This document shows, piece by piece, positions 19,458 through 29,019 of a stretch of 64,000 bases of DNA; position 1 is the first letter of the stretch, and every line of letters begins with the position of its first letter. Under the pieces are notes generated by a model. The model saw only the letters and a list, made by a program, of their open reading frames with translations, was not told the origin of the DNA and ran no database searches. This DNA is from an uncultured Candidatus Rokubacteria bacterium (GTDB taxonomy: Bacteria > Methylomirabilota > Methylomirabilia > Rokubacteriales > DASRDR01): assembly GCA_963805625.1 (NCBI GenBank), contig CAWDVE010000010.1, forward strand, positions 672,001 to 736,000, read 5' to 3'. The position numbers and the translations under genes are program-made.

Positions 19458-19674
19458 CACGATCCGGTAGAGGACCCACCCGCTGGCGTCATGACCGCCG
19501 GAGGCGCTCCGCCCGCTCGAACAAGCTCAGGCGGCTTCTTCGCGGAATCGATGGATGCTCCGCGAGCACCGCCTTCCGCCCGAGCCGGACGGCCTCCGTG
19601 GGTAACGGCGCCTCGATGCGGTAACGCGCCAGGATCCCTCGCCTCTCGTTGTAGAACTGCATCACCCAATTCAT
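19458..19674 (-). pseudogene. Small hypothetical protein (apparently frameshifted)
   Basis: RBS GAGGGGG; MNWVMQFYNERRGILARY...; tail GWVLYRI in another frame. Confidence 0.4.
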
Positions 19675-19741
19675 CGCCGACCCCCTCGTGCGACCCTGCG
19701 GCGTCCGCGGGCCGTGACCGCCGGTGACTCCACCGCCGTCC

Positions 19742-19860
19742 TCAGATGCGACCCGTCATGAACAGGACAATGCGCACCAACAGCACGAGGCCGACGCCTC
19801 CGCTCGGGCCATACGGAGAGTTCTGGCCAGGTCCTCGGCGACTCCCAAGGAGCGCGAAGG
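19742..19860 (-). pseudogene. DUF3309-like small membrane protein remnant
   Basis: Manual translation ...YGPSGGVGLVLLVRIVLFMTGRI*; no clear start. Confidence 0.5.
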
Positions 19861-19908
19861 CCGAGGCGCGTCCCGGTCGACACCGGCACGGGCCTCGACC
19901 TCCGTGGA

Positions 19909-20355
19909 TCAGGCGGCCTTGACGGCGATCATCTTCCGCGTCGTCACTTGCGGCGCGGGAATCCTCACCTCGAGCATCCCGTTCGCATGCTTCGCCTCCA
20001 CGTGGGCGACGTCGACGCCCTCGGGGAGCTGGAAGCTCCGCTGGAACGCGCCGTATGCGAGCTCGCGGACGAAGTAGTCCTGGCCCGCGGTATCGTGATC
20101 GGCCTTGCGCTCACCCTTGACGGTGAGGACGTTGTCCATCCAGGACACCTCGACGTCCTTCGGATCCACGCCCGGCATGGCGAGCTGGATGACGTAGGCG
20201 CCGTCGTCGATCCGCCCCTCAGCGGCGGGAAGCCACGCGGGGGCACGCGGGGCGGCCTCGTCCGTGGCGCCGTTGAAGAACTCCGGGAACAGCGCGTCAA
20301 CGTCGTGGTGGAAGTGGAACTTCCGAGCGGGGGACCAGCGAAGCATGGTGGTCAT
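19909..20355 (-). CDS. Small heat shock protein Hsp20/alpha-crystallin
   Basis: MPGVDPKDVEV, LTVKGERK, RE.AYGAFQRSFQLPEGVD, ANGMLEVRIP. Confidence 0.92.
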   Translation of the reverse strand: MTTMLRWSPARKFHFHHDVDALFPEFFNGATDEAAPRAPAWLPAAEGRIDDGAYVIQLAMPGVDPKDVEVSWMDNVLTVKGERKADHDTAGQDYFVRELAYGAFQRSFQLPEGVDVAHVEAKHANGMLEVRIPAPQVTTRKMIAVKAA

Positions 20356-20401
20356 GGTGCTCTCCTCTCAAATACCTCAGTACCCAAAGACTCAAACTAA
20401 C

Positions 20402-20604
20402 TTAGCCGCGGATGAAACACTTCTGCACGGAACGCCCCACGGACTTCATACCATCCCCGATGGACTGCCGAAACCCTGGGCGCTTTTTTCCAGCTTCTCG
20501 ACGACGGGCCTGGACTGCGCGCCTGCGGGGCCGGCGCTTCCGGCGAGGGCCAGGAGGATCATTGCAGCCGTCAGGTTCGAAGTCCCCGTCCCTTTGGCAT
20601 TCAT
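20402..20604 (-). pseudogene. Small secreted protein, frameshifted
   Basis: MNAKG...MILLALAGSAGPAGAQ signal; tail GDGMKSVGRSVQKCFIRG* in a shifted frame. Confidence 0.45.
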
Positions 20605-20641
20605 CGCGTGTGTCTCCCTTCCCAAAAAGCTCTCACTATCC

Positions 20642-20682
20642 TACTGTCCTAGTACAGTAATACACATACCCGATTCTGTCAA
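20642..20682 (-). promoter_or_regulatory. Second sigma70 promoter with YtrA-type operator, facing the hsp20 unit
   Basis: Minus strand TTGACAGA...GTGTATTACTGTACTAGGACAGTA; 16/24 identical to the site at 17729-17752. Confidence 0.6.
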
Positions 20683-20769
20683 TGAGCCGCTCCCCCGTGG
20701 AGTCCTGAGTCGATAACCGCGAGCGGATCAGCACATCGCCCGCCGGTACCAGTGCGGGGAAGACGTCGT

Positions 20770-20926
20770 CGGTGAGTCCCTGCCCCGCGTCGAAGGCGAA
20801 GAGCGTCAGATTGCCCCCAGAGGTTTTGCCAGCACTCGGCTCGCGATTCCCTGCTCGGTGAGCGCGATGACCGAGTGGAGTTGCAGCGCCTTTGCCGGGG
20901 GAATCGTCGCCAGTGCTGGAGGACAT
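20770..20926 (-). pseudogene. Cupin domain fragment
   Basis: EQGIASRVLAK / TSGGNLTLFAFDAGQGLT across a frameshift. Confidence 0.6.
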
Positions 20927-21667
20927 GCGGATCTCCTGTTCCGCTCAAGTCGGACGCCGCGCGACGGCCTATGACGACAGACGACAGTCTATCCTGTGGC
21001 GGCCCGCCGTCAGACTCCGGAAGTGGGCGCCGGATAATCACCTCCCTCCGGTGTCTGAGACGGGCATGGCCCCGGGGCGGAGCGCGGGATCATCCCGTCA
21101 TCCGTTTCTCACGCTGCGACCGCATGGTAGGGTTCGAGCATGGACCCGCTCGCGAGCTCGCCGTGGACCGTGCCCGAGACGGTCGGTCCTCGCGCCTTGT
21201 TGGGCCGCCGTGACCTGCGCCCGAGCGGCGACGTCCACGCGGTCCCGGATGAGCGGCGGCGCCACCGCTCCTGATGGGCAGGAAGAGCCGGGGACAGGGC
21301 CACGAGACCGCGTTCAGGTCGCAGCCCGGCGGGCGGCGGCCGCACCATGGGCTGGCCTCCGCCACGCCCTTCGCAGGCTCCTTCCCCTCGAGAGCCCACT
21401 CAGTTCGGGCCGGGAAGCGACGGGGATCAACGCTCCTGCCGCCCAAGGGCGTCATCGTGGGGGTGCTCGCGACCGCCGCGGACGGCTATTCGTCATCTTC
21501 GCCGAGCAGTTCTAGCGCCTCGCGCGAAATCAGCCCAGGCGTTTCAGGCGAGAGCGGTCATGGCCTCCAGGGTCTTCCCCGCGCCCACGCCGATCCTAGC
21601 GACCCGCGCCATCAATGCTGTCTCGGAGTTCACGCGACCCCTCTTCCATGGGATCATCGCTCAGTAA

Positions 21668-21970
21668 ATGCCGTTGATCAGCCTGACCATCCAGCACGGT
21701 CAGACCCAGGACGAGGCCAGACGCCGTCTTGAAACAGCGGTTCACGACATCTCCACGAAGTTCGGACCAATGCTTCGGCGGGTCGAGTGGGCAGCCGACC
21801 GCAATCGGGTGAGACTCGAAGGCGTCGGGTTTTGGATTGAACTGTGGGTCGACGCCCACGCCGTCAATGTGACCGGTGACGCTCCGATGCTCGGCCGACT
21901 ACTCGGCAGTCCACTGGTCTTGCGACTCAAGCAAATTGTCGAGCGGACTTTTCAAAAACAGCTACCATGA
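21668..21970 (+). CDS. Putative polyhydroxyalkanoate-system (PHA_gran_rgn-like) protein
   Basis: I.LTI.HG.TQDEARRRL...VEW...V.VTGD.P.L pattern; 100 aa. Confidence 0.55.
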   Translation: MPLISLTIQHGQTQDEARRRLETAVHDISTKFGPMLRRVEWAADRNRVRLEGVGFWIELWVDAHAVNVTGDAPMLGRLLGSPLVLRLKQIVERTFQKQLP

Positions 21971-22319
21971 ATCGGCACTGCGGCCCCGTCCCCGCACGCC
22001 GTCCCTAGATCGCGCCTGCCCTAACTGGAAGACTTTCTTCCCGCGATTGCCATCGACTGGAAACATCCATTTTCCATTTCGCGTATCCTCAGACCCTCGC
22101 GCCCTGGCACTTTGCGGCCAGGGTGATATTCCGAACGCCTGTCGATGGGGCTCGCCGGGCTTCAGCGGCGCTCGGCCTCCGGCGTGCGGGCGTCCCGTCG
22201 ATAGGGACGTCAAACCAGTGAGCCGAACTCGACGTCGACCGGCGTGGGAGTATGGACGAGCGCGCTGAACTTCAGGTTGCCATTCGAGAGGTGGATGCGA
22301 AAGACTGCGATGCTGTCGG

Positions 22320-22545
22320 TGTTTGGGTTGGCCGATCTCCGCGCGCTCGGACAACTGGTCGCCTGGGCGCGGACTGAGTCGCCGGCCGAGCTCGCACGAC
22401 AGTACGCCGAGGGGCTCTTCGCCGGGCTCCGCGTAAAGGCCACGACGCGGAAGCAGACGAACGTGCTCCAGCACATCGCTGGCTCCCTCCGTGAGGCCCT
22501 GGACCGGCGAGACCGGGAGGAGCTTCACGGGACGATTCGCCGATT
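22320..22545 (+). pseudogene. DUF1722/YbgA-family fragment
   Basis: LRALGQLVA...Y..GL..GL...ATTRKQTNVLQHIAG...DREELH.TI. Confidence 0.7.
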
Positions 22546-22713
22546 ACCACCGGGGGCTCGCGCGGAAGTAGCGAGATTCTAAGAGCCCGCTAGCAGCGGG
22601 CGAAACTTCCAGAAGCACTTGGCCCCCACGCGCGTGCTCGGAAATCCGGCACGTTACACGCGCGGGCGTTCCCCACCGCGCACTTCGGTACGGGGGCGCC
22701 GACCTGGGCGGCC

Positions 22714-23467
22714 GTGACCGCGGAGGCGATCACGGACTTCGTCCGCATCCACGCCGCGACACTCACGCCGTCGGAATGCCGTGCCCCGGCCACGGCCACC
22801 CGGGCGTTCCTCCGGTTCCTCTCGACCACGGGAGTGATCCGCCCAGGTCTGGACGGAGCGGTGCCGACGGTCCGACAGTGGACGCTGGCGACCTTGCCGC
22901 GCGCCCTGACGGCGGACGAACTCGAGCGGGTGTTGGCAGCGTGTGACGACGCGCGTGCCACGGGGCCGCGCGATCGAGCGGTGCTGCTCCCGCTCGGACG
23001 TCTGGGGTTACGCGCCTCGGAGGTCGCGGCACTTCAGCGGACAGACATCGACTGGCGTGAGGGTCAGGTCCGCATCCGAGCCGGGAAGTCTGGCTGCGAA
23101 CGGCACCTGCCGTTACCCGAGGACGTGGGGGGCCGCTCTCGTGGTGTCGTTGCGCCGGCCGCGTCCAGCGCCGGAATGCCGGACCGTGTTCATGCGGGCC
23201 CGTCCCCCCTATGGTCCGCTGACCGCCGCGGCTATCGGCGACCTCGCCCACCGAGCCGTGCGCCGGGCGGGCGTGGTCACTCATCGGGCCGGAGCGCACA
23301 CGTTCCGGCACACCGCGGCGACTCAGATGGTGCAGTATGGCGTCTCGTTCAAGGCGATCGCCGACGTGCTCGGACATGCGCGTCTGCAGACGACCGCGAT
23401 TTACGCCAAGCTCGATGTGCACACGCTCGCGGCCGTCGCGCTGCCATGGCCGGGAGGCGGGCGATGA
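22714..23467 (+). pseudogene. Tyrosine recombinase RitA (5'-truncated, frameshift in G-run near 23130)
   Basis: LPRALT, RDRAVL..LGLRASEV, HTFRH, VLGH..QTTAIYAK, ALPWPGG. Confidence 0.85.
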
Positions 23468-24412
23468 CGGCGACGGAGCTGCGCGACCGGCTGGACTCAT
23501 ATCTCGCCCTCCGCCGGGCGCTCGGTTTTGCGATGCGTCCTGACGAGCGACTCCTGCGCAGCTTCATCGCGTTCCTCGAACAGTGTGGCCTGGATGGCCC
23601 GCTGCGTGCCCAGTCCGTTCTCGAGTGGGCGACAGGGATCCGGTCTGGGCCCGGCCATCAGGCGCACCGCCTGACGGTGGCCCGCGGATTCCTCACCCAC
23701 CTGCGGGCGCTGGATTCACAGGTGGAAGTGCCGGGCCCGGGGTTGCTCGGTCTGGCCAAACGACCCGTGCCCCACATCTACACGGCCGCCGACATCGCCG
23801 CGCTTCTCTGCGCGGCGCGGGCTCTCGGGCCGCAAGACTCGTTGCGTCCGCACACGATGGCGACCCTCATCGGTCTGCTGGCCAGCTGCGGGCTGCGCGC
23901 CCGGGAAGCGCTCCGCTTGCGGTTTGACCGACGTCGACCTCGACGCGCAGCCTCCGCGCCTGCTCATTCGGCAGACCAAGTTTCGGAAGTCGCGCATCGT
24001 GCCGCTCCATGCCACGACGGCGGCTGGCCTGCGAGACTACGCGGCGCATCGCACGACTCTCGGCTATGACGACCGCTGCGACACGTTCTTTGTCTCGCCC
24101 GGCGGCGCTCCGCTCACGCACCGCGCGGCCAGCTGGACGTTCGCGGGCCTCGCACGCCGCCTGGGCCTCCGTGGACCTGTGGGGGTGCGAGGCGTCAGCG
24201 TGCGTCACCTGCGCCACACGTTTGCGGTGGAGCGCTTGGCCGCCTGGTCCCGGGCGGGAGCCGAGGTGCGGGCCCGCCTCCCGGAGCTCTCCGTGTACCT
24301 CGGTCACACCAAGCCCCAGAACACCTACTGGCACCTGACGGCGACCCTGCCTCTGCTCGAACCTGCGGCCGCCCGTTTCGACGCCTACGCCAGCGGGGAA
24401 AGTGCGCGATGA
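23464..24412 (+). pseudogene. Tyrosine recombinase RitB (frameshift near 23922)
   Basis: YLALRRALGF, PHIYT, GLRAREA, TKFRKSRIVPLH, HLRHTFAV, YLGH...TYWHL. Confidence 0.85.
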
Positions 24413-25406
24413 GCGCCGCGGGGTCCGCTGGCGCGCTCATTCAGGGCTTCTTCGTGGACCACCTCGTGCGCCACAAACGTGTCAGTGCCCAGACCATCAG
24501 CGCGTACCGTGATACGTTCCGGCTCCTGCTTGGGTTCCTCCAGAACACGCACGGCATTGCGCCCGCCGCCGTGCGGCTCGCCGACCTCGATGTCGCCCGC
24601 ATCCTCGCGTTCCTGGACCACCCGGAGCAGCAGCGCCACAACACCGTCCGCACCCGGAACGCGCGCCTGGCGGCCGTCCGCTCGTTCTTCCGGTATGTGG
24701 CCCTGCGCGAACCCGATTCCCTCGACCTGATCACTCGGACTTTGGCGATCCCGACCAAGCGCACGGACCGTCAGCTCGTCGGCTACGTCACCCGCGCCGA
24801 GATGGCCGCGCTGCTGGGGCCCCCGACCGCACCCGGCGGGCGGGGCGGCGGGACCACGCCCTGTTGCTCACGCTGTATAACTCGGGAGCCCGCGTCTCGG
24901 AGATCACGGCCCTGCGGCGCACTCAGGTCAGCCTCGGCGTCAGCCCCTCGATCGAGCTGCACGGCAAGGGCCGGAAAGAGCGCGTGGTTCCGCTCTGGAC
25001 TCGGACCGCTCGCGTGTTGCGCGGGTGGTTCTCCGAACTCGGGGACGGGACGGATGGAGTGGCGTTCCCGAACGCGCGCGGCGGGCCCCTGACGCGCCAC
25101 GGCGTCATGTACCTCCTGGACCAGGCTGTCAACCGAGCCCGCGCGACCTGCCCCAGCCTGGCTGCCAAGCCGATGTCGCCCCACATCATCCGACACACGA
25201 CGGCGATGCACTTGCTCCAGGCTGGCGTCGATCCCGCCACCATCGCGCTGTGGCTCGGCCACGAGAGCCTGGAGACCACGCACATGTACGTCGAAGCTGA
25301 TCTCGCCATGAAGGAGCGAGCCCTCGAGCGCCTGGCGCCGCTCGGTCCCGGCGCCCACCGCTTTCGGGCCGACGACGCGCTCCTGGGCTTCCTCGCCGCG
25401 CTCTGA
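24409..25406 (+). pseudogene. Tyrosine recombinase RitC (frameshift near 24820-24850)
   Basis: TISAYRDTFRLL, RNARLAAVRSFF, LYNSGARVSE, GKGRKERVVP, HIIRH..WLGHES.ETTHMY. Confidence 0.85.
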
Positions 25407-25580
25407 TTATGTTGAGTCACCTCGCCCGCCGAGGCCGTTCCCCGCCCTCATGCCCGGCGGGCTCACCATAATCCGGCGCTCAACATGACGGCCAGTCGTG
25501 GACACCTGAAAACCGGCCAGTGAGGTAGCCGCGCCCCAAGACGTTGACGGCGGCGGGGAGGCTGTGGTCTCCCGGCCGAC

Positions 25581-25868
25581 ATGACCAATATCTTGGGCGA
25601 CGACACGCAGCAGCAAGTCCTGGCGTTGGGCCGGCTCGGCTGGCCGCTCCGCCGCATCGAGGCGGCGACGGGGGTCCGGCGCGAGACGGCCAGTGCGTAT
25701 CTGAAGGCGGCCGGGATCCCGGTCCGCCTGCCCCGCCGGCGCCGCCCGCCGGTGCCAAAACCGGCCAGTAAAGTGTCCACCGACTTTGGCGGGCCCCCGG
25801 CGACCCCGGACCCCCTCCCCACCTGGCCCCCGCCGACGAGCCGCGCCCCGACCGCCAGCCCCTGTGAG
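25581..25868 (+). pseudogene. istA: IS21 transposase IstA N-terminal fragment
   Basis: MTNILGDDTQQQVLALGRLGWPLRRIEAATGVRRETASAYLKAAG (HTH)...KPASKVSTD...SPCE, then truncated. Confidence 0.75.
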
Positions 25869-25872
25869 GTCT

Positions 25873-26685
25873 CTAAGCCGTCGCGACGATCACGTGCGCT
25901 TGGATCTTTCCCGCCACCGAGCCGTTGCCGCAGCGGCGGGCGATTGCCTCCGTCGCCAGGTCGGTGGCGCGCTGAAGCAGGCTCGCGTCGCGCGCCTCGA
26001 TCTCGTTGCGCAGCGGCGTCCCCTGGCAATAGGCCGTTGCCGCGTGGCCGGCGGAGCGGGCGCGACTGACCTCCTCGATCGTCCGAATGTCGATGTTCGA
26101 AAATCCCGCGCTCCGCAATTCGTCGCGGATCAGGGCGGTGTCATGGTAGCCGTGGGGCGTGCGGGCAAGGAACCGGGGCGGGTCGGCAGGAAAGAGCGAC
26201 GCCACGGCTTCGGTGACGTCCATGGCGAACCCGTTCTCCTCGATCCTGTCCCAGACATTGAAGACGAACCGGCCGCCGGGCTTCAGCACACGGTGCGCCT
26301 CCGCGTAACCCGCGAGTTTGTCGGGAAAGAACATCACGCCGAACTGGCAGCAGACCGCGTCGAACGCGGCGTCCTCGAACGGCAGGTCGAGGGCGTCCGC
26401 CTGCCGCCACTCGATGCGCGGGTCCGGGCCCTGCCTGCCGGCGGCGTAGTCGAGCATGGGCTGGTTCAGGTCGGTCACCACGTAGCGGGAATTTTCCGGA
26501 AGCCGCGGTGCGACGGCGCGCGTGACCACGCCGCTGCCAGCCGCCGTCTCGAGAACCGAGCGTGGCGAGCCCGAGGCGACGCGCTCGGCGAGGTCGAGCG
26601 CATAGGCCTCGAAGATCAGGGGAACCATCAATGTGTCGTAGAATTCCGGGATCGATCCCGCGAACACGGTGTCGCTTCTCGACAT
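25873..26685 (-). CDS. Class I SAM-dependent methyltransferase (UbiE-like)
   Basis: FAGSIPEFYD, VLETAAGSG, TDLNQPML, ADALDLPF, CQFGVMFF; intact, RBS GGAGG. Confidence 0.9.
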   Translation of the reverse strand: MSRSDTVFAGSIPEFYDTLMVPLIFEAYALDLAERVASGSPRSVLETAAGSGVVTRAVAPRLPENSRYVVTDLNQPMLDYAAGRQGPDPRIEWRQADALDLPFEDAAFDAVCCQFGVMFFPDKLAGYAEAHRVLKPGGRFVFNVWDRIEENGFAMDVTEAVASLFPADPPRFLARTPHGYHDTALIRDELRSAGFSNIDIRTIEEVSRARSAGHAATAYCQGTPLRNEIEARDASLLQRATDLATEAIARRCGNGSVAGKIQAHVIVATA

Positions 26686-26879
26686 CCAATCCTCCCGAGA
26701 GATAAGTCCGACACAGGCGATGCACTCTGCCGTATTTCACGGCGCAGGAACACTCAGCCCATCCCCTCCGGCCTCGGATGCAGGAAGCGCCACGGTAGAA
26801 CCCTCGTGCTGGGGGCGCTCACGCCACTGGCCGGTTTTGACCTGTCCACCACTGGCCGGTCTTCAGGTGTCCACCGAGG

Positions 26880-27072
26880 AGGAGACGCCGGGACTACTTG
26901 CCATCGCGGCGCGCGCACGCCGTTCGATCTCGGCGATCCACTCGGCCTCGGTACGCTGCTCGCTTGGCGTATCAGGCTCCAGCGTGGCCAGCAACTCCCC
27001 GGCCAGTTCGGCCCGCTGGTCCAGCGGCAGCCGTAGAGCTTCTTCGAGAAGCCGTTCCTTGGCGCTCGCCAT
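26880..27072 (-). pseudogene. Putative addiction-module antitoxin, truncated by the IS21 end
   Basis: LLEEALRLPLDQRAELAGELL...EAEWIAEIERR...PGVS, cut at the IS boundary. Confidence 0.7.
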
Positions 27073-27462
27073 GGTGCGATTCTACTCTCCCCGTCCACGT
27101 AGGCCACAGTGAGCTTCTAAAGGCGCCGCACGGTCGTCCAAGCAGCCTCGGGAGGGGCCACTCCGAGCCTGGCCAGTTTGTGCACATTTTGCACACGCTC
27201 CCCGGGGGACCCGACCACCCTCAACGATTCGGCCTGCCGCTCGCTGGCCAATACGGCCTCCGCCACTGGGCGCAGCACAAGACAAACCTGCCCTCCCTCG
27301 GATCGAACCGTTGCAGATTCTGCAACAGTTGCCCAGGAGGCCACCTCCCATCCGGGCAGGGGTCGGTTCCTGCGGGAAAACACGAGTGTTCCATCCTCCC
27401 GGTCAGGGTCCAGGTTATTCAGGCACAGAAGACCGACCTCGAGGTCCAGGCCCATCCCTTCC

Positions 27463-27703
27463 TCACAGCTCGTCGCGGCTCGATCCGAATCCCGGCACAA
27501 ATAGCCTTTGATAAACTTTCTCGGCAAAGCGGTCAGTCATGCCGGCCAGATAGTCACATACACTACGCGCCTTCGAGTCCTTCTCATCTAACCACTTCCA
27601 GGCCTCCTTCGGAACAAGCCGCTCGGGATCGGAAGCCAGCGCCTCAATAGTTGTCTAACAATCAGATGGCCTCTCCGCTCAAAGTGCTGGACCTCGGCCG
27701 CGC
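27463..27703 (-). pseudogene. C-terminal fragment of a dGTP triphosphohydrolase (dgt/HD family)
   Basis: Manual: EVQHFERRGHLIVRQL / EALASDPERLVP...RSVCDYLAGMTDRFAEKVYQRLF...GSSRDEL*; lower GC. Confidence 0.75.
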
Positions 27704-28979
27704 CCGCCGCCCTCGAGGTCCGCCGCCACCATGACGGTCGGTGGGTCGGGCGAGGGCACCAGGTGGTCCTTCGTGAACGTGAAGATGCGGCCGCGGCACG
27801 AGAGGCGCTGCTCCCCGAGCTCCTTCCCCGAGCACTGCCAGCAGACGTGCCGGCGCGGATACTGGACGGCGCCGCACGCCACGCAGCGCTGGCCGTAGAG
27901 CCGGAGATCCTGGCGCTCCTCACGCTCCATCACCGGAAGCCCCGTGAAGGCCCGGACCGGCTCCGTCTCGACGAGCCGCCGGAACAGGAGGAACTTCCCA
28001 TAGTGCTGGAGCGCCCGGCCGGCCGCCACCTGGGCGGCCACCCCCCGCGTTCCGTCGAGCGCCCGGATCCGGCCGGTCGCCTCGAAGAGCAGCGCGTCGA
28101 CTCCCGAGCCGTAGCCGAGGACGAGGATGCGGTCGCCCGGCTCCGCTTCCTCGAGGCATGAGGCAAGGGCGAGGAGTGGCGAGGCCACGCCCGTGTTCCC
28201 GATCCAGGTGAGCGGCGGTACCTTCGCGAGGACGCCCTCTCCCAGGCCGAGGCTCCGGAGGATCGGCAGGGCGAGCCGCGCGTCCGGCGCGTAGACCGCC
28301 GCGAGCCGAATCCTTCCGGCGCGACGCCGGTCTCGGCGAGGAGGCGGCGCGCCGCCTCGGCCATCAGCCGCTCGTACCCGTAAGCGCGGACGAACGTTGG
28401 GTCGCCCTGCTCGGGAAAGCGCGCGCCGGCGAGGCGCCAGACGTCGGAGAACTCGTGCGTGTGCGATGCAGCGCCCAGCAGCTGGGCGACGACGCCATCC
28501 CCCCAGCCCACACGCACGGCCGCCGCGCCGTCACCCCAGGTGGCCTCGACATCGCTGCCCGGCGGGGCGAGACGGACGTCCGCCCCCGCGACCAGAGCCT
28601 CGCGGGCGGAGCGGGCGCGGACCGCGTCGAGCGCCAGCCGGAGCGCGGTCGTGCCGGCACGAAGGCTCCCGCCGAGGTCGGCCACGCTCACGGCGGGTCC
28701 GCAATCCAGGACGGCAGCGAGGACCGTGGCCGACGACTTCTCGGCCTACGGGGGCGTCGTGCTGGCGAAGCAGACGAGGTCGAGGCTACCGCCGCCATCG
28801 TCGCCGAGGGCCGTGAGGGCGGCCTCCACCGCCATCGTGAGGCTGTCCTCGTCGTAGCTGGCGACGGCCCGCGTCCCGCTTCCCGCAGTGCCCCAGACGG
28901 CGCCGAGGGTCGCGGCGGACAGCCGATAGCGGGGGACGTGAATGCCGACCCCGGTAATGCCGACGGCAGGCTCGCCCAT
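27700..28979 (-). pseudogene. HMG-CoA synthase-like/thiolase fold + DUF35 Zn-ribbon/OB-fold fusion, inactivated
   Basis: PRYRL, DEDSLTMAVEAA, GDGAAA, GYGSG, CxxC..PRRHVCxxC. In-frame TAG at 28746, frameshift near 28310, 3' end cut. Confidence 0.8.
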
Positions 28980-29019
28980 TGTCAGCGGGTCCTTCCCGTG
29001 TGTCCCTCGGCGGGCGGCG

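Larger units (their letters stand above)
22650..25488 (+). mobile_element. RIT (recombinase-in-trio) element, decayed, left end deleted
   Basis: Three overlapping (ATGA) tyrosine recombinases followed by an RIT-type end: ATTATGTTGAG...CTCACCATAATCCGGCGCTCAACATGA. Confidence 0.85.
25489..26879 (+). mobile_element. IS21-family-derived non-autonomous cassette carrying a methyltransferase
   Basis: Inverted ends built from ~25-bp repeats (left CGTGGACACCTGAAAACCGGCCAGT; right two copies at 26826-26875 then GAGG), an istA 5' fragment and a cargo gene. Confidence 0.75.

Noticed and set aside
22714-25406. Programmed frameshifting in the RIT recombinases
   Set aside because: All three genes are hit, RitB has lost its catalytic Tyr and the left end is deleted; this fits decay.
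26826-26875. Repeats (also 573-598 and 16505-16538) as a CRISPR array
   Set aside because: Only two adjacent copies each, no spacers, no cas operon; the 26.8-kb repeats are IS21 end motifs.
28746-28748. In-frame TAG as possible pyrrolysine or read-through
   Set aside because: The position corresponds to Tyr (PPYAEK, TAC->TAG), and the gene also has a frameshift and truncation, so simple decay explains it.
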